Position numbers and translations under genes: made by a program. Below, in pieces: positions 19,223 through 27,654 of a stretch of DNA of 38,972 nt. This stretch comes from Candidatus Scalinduaceae bacterium. GTDB lineage: Bacteria > Planctomycetota > Brocadiia > Brocadiales > Scalinduaceae. Under the pieces are notes generated by a model, which was not told the DNA's origin, searched no databases, and worked only from the letters and a program-made list of their open reading frames with translations. The stretch covers positions 1-38,972 of the forward strand of contig JBHICG010000029.1 in NCBI GenBank assembly GCA_046759445.1. The letters are read 5' to 3'. The number at the start of each line of letters is the position of its first letter. Position 1 is the first letter of the stretch.

Positions 19223-20302
19223 CTATCCGGCACTATACTTCTTAACGATTTTCTTCCCACTAACAAAGTAGCCGCTATGCTCCCATCCAGGAGGCTGAAT
19301 ACATTTCAAGTTCACAAAACCAGCCTCTTCAAACCAACTCAGGACTTCCTCCTTTTTATGATGACTGGCATAACGGGGATGATACCAATCCTGATTTACG
19401 AGGTGAGCGTATTCATCATCCTGTCCAGGGTTATACCAACACTTAACAAAATGATCATATATAAAACTCTGCAAATCATATTTACCCGCCTTAATCTCTA
19501 AAAGGTCAATGTCTTCTTCTATTACTAGAGGTTGATTTATCTTTTTTAATGCCTTGCCTAGCATTGTCATCTCACGGGAAAATTTCATGCAATCATCATA
19601 ATTCATTTCTGTAGTCAGCTTACGTACCTCTTGATCACACAACTCCCTAATAAAAGGTTTTCTATTATAAATATATATACCCAAAATACCTCCACTCGCA
19701 ACTTTTTTGCCAATTCCTAAGATAGCACCTTTAGGATCCGGTGTGTGATGCACTACACCTCCAGAATATACAACATCAAACATTTCATCAGGGTAGGGAA
19801 GCTCAAATACAGAAGCCTGTGAAACCGTTACATGGGGAATATGGGCTGTATTTTTACGGGCAATTTCTACTGATAGACTAATATCAACACAATGTCTTTC
19901 TGCTTCTGGATTCAAATCAAAAAGATATTCAGACCAGGCTACACCACAACCAGCATTTAAAGTGTTATTGGCATGTTTAAAAAGTTGTTTCAATTCTTTT
20001 TGTGAGGTACATCCCAACATTGCTAAGAAAATTTCCAGCAAAGAACTACGATCAAAATCAGCTGAACCAAGGGCTTGATTCCGTGGACTACACCATTTTT
20101 CTCCAAACGATCGTCCTGTTTGTACCTCATCAGTAATATCATTAACAGATTTTTGATAAAATTCAGGAGAAACAAAACGTGGAATTCCATTAATCACTGG
20201 ATAAGAAATATTTCCATCCTCTGTAATAAGAACTGACTCCTTCGACTGATAAATCAGAGAATGTTTTGTTTTGGGATCAATAAATCGATTAAAATTAGCC
20301 AT
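19223..20302 (-). CDS. class I SAM-dependent methyltransferase with Trm112-like N-terminal segment
   Basis: YPVINGIPRFV N-terminal motif; LNAGCG, VDIS, FDVVYSGGVVHHTPDP. Confidence 0.85.
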   Translation of the reverse strand: MANFNRFIDPKTKHSLIYQSKESVLITEDGNISYPVINGIPRFVSPEFYQKSVNDITDEVQTGRSFGEKWCSPRNQALGSADFDRSSLLEIFLAMLGCTSQKELKQLFKHANNTLNAGCGVAWSEYLFDLNPEAERHCVDISLSVEIARKNTAHIPHVTVSQASVFELPYPDEMFDVVYSGGVVHHTPDPKGAILGIGKKVASGGILGIYIYNRKPFIRELCDQEVRKLTTEMNYDDCMKFSREMTMLGKALKKINQPLVIEEDIDLLEIKAGKYDLQSFIYDHFVKCWYNPGQDDEYAHLVNQDWYHPRYASHHKKEEVLSWFEEAGFVNLKCIQPPGWEHSGYFVSGKKIVKKYSAG

Positions 20303-20320
20303 CCTGATTTACACGATCAT

Positions 20321-22198
20321 CTAAAAAAAAATCTTACACCAATGTTCGAAATTAAGCAGAGACCAGATAAATAACCTTCGATTTAGTTTTCCTTCCATGT
20401 GTTCGTCTAACAATTTTTGCACAGAGGCTTTATCTAAAAAATTATAGACTTGGGCTTTTCCATCATACAATGTATCACGGACGTAATCAATGCTTTCACC
20501 CTTAAACCAACTGGCATCTGGAGCCGTAAACCCATGCTTAACACACTCGGTTATTTCAGCAGGAATGCAACGTTCCATAACTTTGCGTAGTAGCAATTTG
20601 CCGTCTTTGGTTTTTGCGAAATACTTAGCTGTTTTTGATCCAGGTTCATTTTCATTAATACTCACTATCTCTGTCAGATTACCCAGTTTAAGCCTTACAG
20701 GCACCTTCATTGCAAAATCAACAAGATCGTTGTCAAGAAAAGGCACCCTAGTTTCCAGACTATGGGCCATACTTAGCTTATCTTCAACTACAAGCAAGCC
20801 GTGTAAAAAGGTCTTTGCCTCAAAGTATAGCGAATGGTTAATATAGTCTTCTGGTCGCGTCAGCTTTTCCGAGTGTTCATGAAATACATCACGAAAAATA
20901 TCACGAGTCCACACGTGTTTTACTCGACTCCATACAGGCTTAAAGACCTCGTGAATTTCCTTATTAGGAATCAACCTCTGCCAGAATTTATAATACTTGT
21001 CAACGTAATGTTCAAAGTCATCATTTACGACAGCTCTATAATAACGCCATGGATATCCCCCAAATAGCTCATCACCACCAGCACCAGAAAGTACGACCTT
21101 AACAAACTTTGAAGCTAATTGGGCAGTATAGTAATTAGGATAACTCTGCCCTACTCTAGGTTCCTCCAAATGCCAGGCCAACTTCGAAAGAACTCTCTCC
21201 ATGTCCCCTGCTTTTAAAACCATTTCATAGTGCTCTGTTTTGAAAAGGTAAGACATGTATTCGGCTTTCTCGCGTTCGTCATATCCAAGCTCCAGACCGG
21301 ATGCTGAATTGAGATCAAACCCGCAGGTAAATGTCCTCATATATGGCAACTGAGTTGCCGCAATCGCCGTAATAGAACCTGAATCCATTCCACCGCTGAG
21401 ATAGGAACCTACATCTACATCACTAACCAGTTGCCGGTTTACGGCCTGACGAAAAAGGTAATTTAGCTCTTCAAGGTATTCTTTCTCATCAGCAGGACAA
21501 TCTGGTTCAATAAAATTAAAATCCCAATAAAGAACCGGAGTAAAGCGATCGATAATAGACCCTAACGGCAGTTTTGCCCAGTGGCCGGCAGGAAATATAT
21601 GAATATCTTTAAAGAATGTCTTGTCTGTAAAGATGTTTTGAAAGGTAAAATATTCAATCAGCGCTTCTAAATTAATCTCTCGGCTCACAGATGGATGAGT
21701 TAATATTGCTTTCTGTTCAGAAGCAAAAATAAAAGTCCGCCCTGCAAAAGTATAATAGAGAGGCTTTATCCCGTACCGATCCCTGGCGAAAAATAGTTCT
21801 TGTCGAGATTTGTCCCAAATAGCAAATGAGAACATACCATTGAACTTATTCAAACATTCGACTCCCCATTGAACATATGCATGGAGAACCACTTCAGAAT
21901 CAGTTCTAGACCTGAACCTGTGTCCAAGGGTTTCAAGTTCTAGTCTCAATTCCCTAAAGTTGTATACCTCACCGTTGTAAGTAATAGCAAATTGCTCATC
22001 TTCTGTAATCATAGGTTGCTGTCCAGCAGGTGAAAGGTCTATGATAGCAAGACGTCGGTGTCCCAAACCTACAAAACTATCCGTATAGAAACCTTCTCCA
22101 TCAGGCCCCCTATGCGCTATTGCATCAGTCATCCTACGCAATAGAACAGGAGAAACAGGTTCACCATTCAAATTGAAAATACCGGCTATTCCACACAT
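20321..22198 (-). CDS. asnB: asparagine synthase-like glutamine amidotransferase (second copy)
   Basis: MCGIAG, HRGPDGEG, GHRRLAIIDLS, RDRYGIKPLYY, LSGGMDS, GGDELFGGY, SMAHSLETRVPFLD. Confidence 0.92.
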   Translation of the reverse strand: MCGIAGIFNLNGEPVSPVLLRRMTDAIAHRGPDGEGFYTDSFVGLGHRRLAIIDLSPAGQQPMITEDEQFAITYNGEVYNFRELRLELETLGHRFRSRTDSEVVLHAYVQWGVECLNKFNGMFSFAIWDKSRQELFFARDRYGIKPLYYTFAGRTFIFASEQKAILTHPSVSREINLEALIEYFTFQNIFTDKTFFKDIHIFPAGHWAKLPLGSIIDRFTPVLYWDFNFIEPDCPADEKEYLEELNYLFRQAVNRQLVSDVDVGSYLSGGMDSGSITAIAATQLPYMRTFTCGFDLNSASGLELGYDEREKAEYMSYLFKTEHYEMVLKAGDMERVLSKLAWHLEEPRVGQSYPNYYTAQLASKFVKVVLSGAGGDELFGGYPWRYYRAVVNDDFEHYVDKYYKFWQRLIPNKEIHEVFKPVWSRVKHVWTRDIFRDVFHEHSEKLTRPEDYINHSLYFEAKTFLHGLLVVEDKLSMAHSLETRVPFLDNDLVDFAMKVPVRLKLGNLTEIVSINENEPGSKTAKYFAKTKDGKLLLRKVMERCIPAEITECVKHGFTAPDASWFKGESIDYVRDTLYDGKAQVYNFLDKASVQKLLDEHMEGKLNRRLFIWSLLNFEHWCKIFF

Positions 22199-22203
22199 AA
22201 ATT

Positions 22204-22239
22204 AAAGCTCAAAGGTATAAGCTAAAAAGCTGAAAGTTA
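22204..22239 (+). repeat. degenerate heptamer array, consensus AAAGCTN
   Basis: aaagctc aaaggta taagcta a aaagctg aaagtta. Confidence 0.7.
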
Positions 22240-22266
22240 AAAAAATAAAGGACAGGAAATAGAGAA

Positions 22267-22635
22267 TTAATTGCTGGACTTGTGTAACGAATTTATGAGA
22301 CCTTTTGTCATAGACACTATTTCTTTCCCCTCAGATTCAAAATGTGAGTAGTCAGAATTTGAAATCCACTTCTTTCTTCTAAATATTTCAAGCAAGGTCA
22401 TGGTTTCATATAAAGAACCACGAGAAATATAGCAAAAGTGTACAAATTCTTTTTTCGAGAAGCGTCCTTTGCCTTCTGCGATATTCATTGCTATGCTTGT
22501 CGAGCTCGCTTCTATCTGTTCTAAAAGACGGTAATGCTTCCTTGATGTATTAATATTTTCTATAAGATCAATAATGCTTACCGCAAAATCAACAGATCTG
22601 TTCCAAACCTCTAAATCCTCATAACCAAATTTCAC
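22267..22635 (-). CDS. four helix bundle protein (TIGR02436 / 23S rRNA IVS protein-like, Avd-like fold)
   Basis: YEDLEVW, QIEASSTSIAMNIAEG.GR.S.KEF.HF..ISRGSLYET; GTG start with GGAG RBS. Confidence 0.9.
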   Translation of the reverse strand: MKFGYEDLEVWNRSVDFAVSIIDLIENINTSRKHYRLLEQIEASSTSIAMNIAEGKGRFSKKEFVHFCYISRGSLYETMTLLEIFRRKKWISNSDYSHFESEGKEIVSMTKGLINSLHKSSN

Positions 22636-22646
22636 TTTATTACTCC

Positions 22647-22674
22647 TTCCTTTCAGCTTTTAGCTTTGAGCTTT
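22647..22674 (-). repeat. heptamer array AAAGCTN, inverted relative to 22204-22239
   Basis: Minus strand aaagctc aaagcta aaagctg aaaggaa; supplies the last codons and stop (KAQS*) of the DegT gene. Confidence 0.75.
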
Positions 22675-23874
22675 TATTTGTTCAGTCACATACTCAAATT
22701 CTTCATCTGTCATTTGAGAATAAAGAGGCAAGGTGATGCTCAATCTATCTGCTGCATATGAATTGACATAATCTACATCATTTAGATTGTATTTCCCCTT
22801 GTAATATCCCAAAGTGTGCACCGCGTGAGTCCCTTGCCTAGTAGCTATCCCTTTTCTCTCCAATCTATCCATAAACTTGTTTCTTAATACATTTAAATTA
22901 TTTATTTTCTCCATGTCCAAGTTGGACACGTCGTCACCATCAGTAAATAAACAGACATACGATTGGTAACCGTGTGTGTAGCCTTCTGGAACATAAGGTG
23001 GAATTAAGTGCTCAACCTCTTTTAAAGCTTCATCATATCGTTCGGCTATTTTCCTTCGTTTATTTATAATATCTCCTGCCTTTTTCATCTGAGATACACC
23101 CAGAGCACCCTGAATATCAGTCATTCTATAGTTGTACCCGAGAATATTGTAATCAGGCAAAAGAGTTCCACCTTTATTTATGTGTCGTTCCAGGTCTGAC
23201 TTAGATGCACCATGATCCCTTAGTTTTCTCACAAGTTTCGATAACTGTTCGTCATTTGAAATAAATATCCCACCTTCCCCAGTTGTTATGGACTTTCTGG
23301 GGTGAAAGCTAAAACAACCTCCATAGCCAAAAGTACCGGAATGACACAAACGATTTTTGCTTAATCCATTAAAAGGAACATAAGCGCCAAAAGCACATGC
23401 TGAATCTTCCAAAACTTTGAGACCATATTTGTCTGCAATCTCGCATATTGCAGGCATATCGGCACACAAACCAAAAAGACTGACAGGGACAATAGCCTTT
23501 AACTTCTTGTTTTGAGCTTTGCGTTTGCAAATTTCCTCCAACATATTTACGTCCATATTGAATGTTCTTAATTCTATGTCGCAGAAAACAGGCTTAGCCT
23601 GGCAATACTCTACTGCGTTTACAGTAGCGATGAAGGTAAAAGAGGGAACAATCACCTCGTCTCCCGGACTAACTCCCAAAGCAAGAAGTCCCAGATGTAA
23701 TGCAGTAGTGCAAGAACTGGTAGCCACAGCGTGCTTTACATTAACGGATTTTGCAAATAATTCTTCGAACTCTTTAACATTTGGCCCCTGAACTATCCAC
23801 CCAGTTTCCAAAGGACGTGAAATAGCCCTTTTATCTTCTTCGTCAAAAACAGGTTTTGTTATCGGTATCTTCAT
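22660..23874 (-). CDS. DegT/DnrJ/EryC1/StrS PLP-dependent sugar aminotransferase
   Basis: SSCTTALHL, PGDEVIVPSFTFIAT, EDSACAFG, FSFHPRKSITTGEGG, GYNYRMTDIQ. Confidence 0.93.
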   Translation of the reverse strand: MKIPITKPVFDEEDKRAISRPLETGWIVQGPNVKEFEELFAKSVNVKHAVATSSCTTALHLGLLALGVSPGDEVIVPSFTFIATVNAVEYCQAKPVFCDIELRTFNMDVNMLEEICKRKAQNKKLKAIVPVSLFGLCADMPAICEIADKYGLKVLEDSACAFGAYVPFNGLSKNRLCHSGTFGYGGCFSFHPRKSITTGEGGIFISNDEQLSKLVRKLRDHGASKSDLERHINKGGTLLPDYNILGYNYRMTDIQGALGVSQMKKAGDIINKRRKIAERYDEALKEVEHLIPPYVPEGYTHGYQSYVCLFTDGDDVSNLDMEKINNLNVLRNKFMDRLERKGIATRQGTHAVHTLGYYKGKYNLNDVDYVNSYAADRLSITLPLYSQMTDEEFEYVTEQIKAQS

Positions 23875-24863
23875 TGCAAACCTTTGGCTCTCTTTTCAAC
23901 AAGTTCTTTATGGGCAGAACGCCAGTCAATTAATTTAACCAACCCTTCTCTTAGAGATATTCCGGCCTTAAACTCTATTTCATTCTCCGCCTTTTCTGTA
24001 CTCCCGATACGGTTAGTCACAAACGTTTGCCCTGCCGTTTCAAACTGGATTTTGAGATCAGAATTAGTTAACTCCAGTAAAATATCGCAAAGCTCTTTTA
24101 TAGAGGTTTTTGTACCAGCTCCTACATTATAAAAAGTGTCCACGGCTTTACTTTTTAAGGCGCAAATATTGGCTCTGGCTGCATCAGCAACATAGACGAA
24201 ATCATAAGATTGAGAACCATCTCCATAAACAATAGGTGGTAGGCCGTTGTTTATTCTATCAAGTATTTTCATAATAACGGCAATATAAGTACCCTTATAA
24301 TCCTGCCGCGCACCATAAACATTCATATAGCGAAGACCTGCATAGTTAAGACCGTATCGATGGTGGAAAGCCCTGCACATGTGTTCTCCGGCTATCTTTG
24401 TAGCGCCGTAGAAGGTTATATTATTGTAAGGATGATCTTCTTTCATTGGAATTTCCAGAGCATCACCATAAACAGAAGCAGATGAGGAATAAACCAATTT
24501 TTTTATATTGTTATGAACACAAGCCTCCAGCACATTGAAAGTTCCCCTAATATTCACATCAAATGCCGCTCGTGGATAATCATGGCATTGGAGTAGCCAA
24601 AGGGCGGCTAAGTGAATTACATAATCTACTCCCTTCATGGCAGAACCTAAAATATCTGGTTGACAAATGTCACCACCAATTTCATAAATTTTAACTCGTG
24701 AATCCCGCAAAACATCTTCAAGGTTATCCACACTCCCCCGGCAGAAATTATCATAAACAATTACTCCTTTAATGTCTTCTTTAAGTAGTTCTTCTACTAC
24801 GTGTGAACCAATGAAACCTGCTCCACCAATTACTAATACTTTGCTCCCTTTAATATCACACAT
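23871..24863 (-). CDS. NAD-dependent nucleotide-sugar epimerase/dehydratase
   Basis: GGAGFIGSH, YSSSASVYG, YGATK, LRYMNVYG, GDGSQSYDFVYV. Confidence 0.9.
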   Translation of the reverse strand: MCDIKGSKVLVIGGAGFIGSHVVEELLKEDIKGVIVYDNFCRGSVDNLEDVLRDSRVKIYEIGGDICQPDILGSAMKGVDYVIHLAALWLLQCHDYPRAAFDVNIRGTFNVLEACVHNNIKKLVYSSSASVYGDALEIPMKEDHPYNNITFYGATKIAGEHMCRAFHHRYGLNYAGLRYMNVYGARQDYKGTYIAVIMKILDRINNGLPPIVYGDGSQSYDFVYVADAARANICALKSKAVDTFYNVGAGTKTSIKELCDILLELTNSDLKIQFETAGQTFVTNRIGSTEKAENEIEFKAGISLREGLVKLIDWRSAHKELVEKRAKGLQ

Positions 24864-24903
24864 TTTGTTAGTTTACCTTTCTTATTATGGTATGCCTTGA
24901 ATC

Positions 24904-25021
24904 AAAAAAAAGGATTATTGCATTTGTACAGACTAATCCCCTCTCAGTTACATACATAAATACACATAACATCTTAACTCGCAAGTAATAACAACTAATT
25001 GTATGTGTCCAATATCCTTTT
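24904..25021 (-). other. intergenic element closed by an inverted repeat and followed by a T8 run (candidate structured leader/terminator)
   Basis: Minus strand AAAAGGATATTG ... CAATAATCCTTTTTTTT; 12-bp stem with a 1-nt bulge enclosing 89 nt. Confidence 0.4.
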
Positions 25022-25064
25022 AAGAGGATGGTTGTAAAGCAAATTGAACAATATTTCTTTTGTT

Positions 25065-25652
25065 CTATTCTCTAAGAGCAATAACCTTAACTTTTTCTTG
25101 TTTCCTACGAAAAACCTCTATTTCATCCTTATTGAAAGAAGCAAGGATTAGGATGTTTTTGTTTGACTTTAGAAACTCGTCCATCCCAACTATCGTATAA
25201 CCAAACCACTCTTCCCCTTTTCTATCATTGTCAACTACACAATCCAATCTTAACCCCAGTTCTTTTAACACAATAAATAAAACCTCTGCTATATGATTTA
25301 CTCCATATATTGAAACATTTTTCACGCCATCATTTTTAATATGTACTATCTTTTCTTTGATTACCTTTTTTGCCTCTAAGTAAAAATGTATAGTACTTTC
25401 AATCCTTTTATACAATAAGCTTGACTTCTCCTTAGCTCCTTGTGGAGTAATTAAGTACCTTATTTTCTTGGCATTTATATTCTTTATCTTAATCCAACCT
25501 TTCCTTGCCATCTTCTTTAGAAGATGGTTCACCAACCCTAATGCTATCCCTACCTCCTTAGACAAATCTCTCTGGGTCAGATGACCGTTGTTTTCTATTT
25601 TCTCCAATATCTCTAATTCTCTAACATCTAGATTGTTAAAATTTTCTTTCAT
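25065..25652 (-). CDS. EPS-associated MarR-type winged-helix regulator with C-terminal Rossmann-like domain
   Basis: LTQRDLSKEVGIALGLVNHLLKK...KGWIK...RYLITPQG..EKS; first gene of the glycan operon. Confidence 0.85.
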   Translation of the reverse strand: MKENFNNLDVRELEILEKIENNGHLTQRDLSKEVGIALGLVNHLLKKMARKGWIKIKNINAKKIRYLITPQGAKEKSSLLYKRIESTIHFYLEAKKVIKEKIVHIKNDGVKNVSIYGVNHIAEVLFIVLKELGLRLDCVVDNDRKGEEWFGYTIVGMDEFLKSNKNILILASFNKDEIEVFRRKQEKVKVIALRE

Positions 25653-25692
25653 TTAAACATCACCACGTAACACAAAAATATTAATTAGTATC

Positions 25693-25959
25693 TGTTGCGG
25701 AAACACTATATTGTCACCCTGAATCCTGTGCTGAACTCGCCTCAGTATCGTTTCAGGGCCTCTGACCCTGAACTTGATTCAGGATTGATGTATATAGATC
25801 CTGAAAGAGATACTGAAATAAATTCAGCATGACATTATTCAGGACCTGCTTCAGGTGTGATTCTACTCACCTATCCGAAGGACAGGCATAATCACCTAAG
25901 CAATTCTGCTGTTGCAGAATTGCCAATGACATTTTTGGGCATTTAAGCTTTCCGCAACA
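25693..25959. repeat. MITE-like element with 11-bp perfect terminal inverted repeats containing multiple palindromic modules
   Basis: TGTTGCGGAAA (25693-25703) / TTTCCGCAACA (25949-25959); inside GTCACCCTGAA, CTGAACTTGATTCAG, CTGAAATAAATTCAGCATGAC, GCAATTCTGC-TGTT-GCAGAATTGC. Confidence 0.75.
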
Positions 25960-25984
25960 TAAATTAATTAAAAAAATAAGACAT

Positions 25985-26032
25985 TGTTCACATAATGAAC
26001 ATTAATACTAAAAAAATACTTTTATTTGTCAA
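25985..26032 (-). promoter_or_regulatory. sigma70-type promoter with a palindromic operator over the predicted start site
   Basis: TTGACA (26032-26027), 16 nt, TAGTAT (26010-26005); perfect palindrome TGTTCA-N5-TGAACA at 25985-26001. Confidence 0.55.
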
Positions 26033-26225
26033 CTGTTTTTTAATTTTTTGGAAAAGGCTTTTGAATGTATGTAAATTGAGTTTCCATTTTATTAAGAATA
26101 TAATCTTGTTTAAAAATTTTATGAAAAAAATATTATCAGAGTCACAAGTGATGAATCCCCATACCTTACTACGCATCCACATCTTACAAAATATTTTAAT
26201 TGGTTTATACTCTTACTTTTTTTCT

Positions 26226-27533
26226 TTAATTGCACTCCGCCGTCCAGCCTAACACTTGTAACCGTTGAGCGATTTCTTTGGCGATTGTTTCTTTGGTTCG
26301 CTTTGTGTAGTGAACATCATCTATGAAGTGCTCCAGGTCGCTGGGAATTATCGTTTCCAAATCGACATATGGAATGCCTTTTTCACGTGCGAGCAGGCGA
26401 GTTATCTCATTAAAGTGTTTCATCCCGGTGAGTAATGATGGCACATCGGCTTGCCTGCCATGTTCTACGCAAAATAAGCGCGGGAATTTGAGCATGGCAA
26501 ACTCTTGTGGAGTAATTGACTCGTGATAGAAAAATGGTTGGGTTAAAAAAATTAATTTCACCCCAGCCAATTTTATATTGTCCGCCAATAGTCGCAGATT
26601 ACGCTCGAACACAGGTAGTGATCTGAAATTGTCGAATGGAACCTCCATCACCTTGTCTTCAGTTTCTCTAAAATCCGAGCACCACACCTTGAAAAATGCG
26701 TTATCAACAAGTCTCTCAAGGTATGGCTGACGCGGTCTGGCCCAGTTAACGGCAGTGCCATAGTAATGTCCATAGTCACTGCGGAAAGGACCAAGCGTCA
26801 GGCTAGTGTTCTCAAACGAACGGATCAAGTCGTTGACAGCATGCATGACAATCACTATATCCGGATGATAGTCCTGTGCCACGGTTAACCAAACTATAAG
26901 TGAATGCTCAGAACTGTACATTGGTGTGCCTAAGTTAAGCACCTCTACGGCACCGGAACCAAGCTCTCTTTCAATTTCCTGCTCCAGATACCACGGATAG
27001 CCCCAGCTAGGCGGAACGACCTTCCAGTTGTGAGCAGTAGTCGAGCCTCCCAGGCAAACAATGCGTAATACTCCCGATGGCTTCTCCTTGGTAACCGCTA
27101 GTTTGTTGGGATAATAATCATTCTGTAAAAATGGATGATATGGTTCCTTAAGGCGCTTATGCTCACCCCTTACATAATATTTCCACGCACACCAGGGCAA
27201 TAGTAAAGCAACTGAAGTTGCTACTATTATCAGTATGAAAACCAACCATTTGAGTATGAGACCTGGGTTTTGGCGCAACCTCCATGCACACCACAAACAC
27301 CAGGCAAAAAATACCGCTATCACCACCAGCACAACTGAGTATCTCACACTATATTTCCCAAACAAGGCCGGATTTGGGCTTGAATGAAAAAAATACCCTG
27401 CCATAAAAGTTGTGAATAACCAAAATAAAATCCACCATACTATCTTGACTGTGCGAGAACATCCCTCTATCTTTGGCAATTTGGAACCCTCTATTGAATT
27501 CAGTCCAGGAACAGTTTGTTCTTTTGCCATCAA
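26226..27533 (-). CDS. membrane-anchored SGNH/GDSL hydrolase family protein
   Basis: Three N-terminal TM segments; RIVCLGGSTT, EVLNLG, HAVNDL, DDVH motifs. Confidence 0.82.
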   Translation of the reverse strand: MMAKEQTVPGLNSIEGSKLPKIEGCSRTVKIVWWILFWLFTTFMAGYFFHSSPNPALFGKYSVRYSVVLVVIAVFFAWCLWCAWRLRQNPGLILKWLVFILIIVATSVALLLPWCAWKYYVRGEHKRLKEPYHPFLQNDYYPNKLAVTKEKPSGVLRIVCLGGSTTAHNWKVVPPSWGYPWYLEQEIERELGSGAVEVLNLGTPMYSSEHSLIVWLTVAQDYHPDIVIVMHAVNDLIRSFENTSLTLGPFRSDYGHYYGTAVNWARPRQPYLERLVDNAFFKVWCSDFRETEDKVMEVPFDNFRSLPVFERNLRLLADNIKLAGVKLIFLTQPFFYHESITPQEFAMLKFPRLFCVEHGRQADVPSLLTGMKHFNEITRLLAREKGIPYVDLETIIPSDLEHFIDDVHYTKRTKETIAKEIAQRLQVLGWTAECN

Positions 27534-27654
27534 AGCCTCTTCATTACAAATCTATATTCCAATCCTATCAAGCATATTGCATATGGATTTGTTTGTTATT
27601 TATAAAAAATTTCTCTATTAAATAAATCACAACAAGTAAGCAACTAAGCGCTAA

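Noticed and set aside
22267..22635. Diversity-generating retroelement or rRNA intervening sequence
   Set aside because: No reverse transcriptase, no template/variable repeat pair and no rRNA sequence in the window.
25988..26252. ORFs 25995-26252 (+) and 25988-26182 (-)
   Set aside because: AT-rich promoter region with low-complexity I/F/K/L translation; likely spurious.
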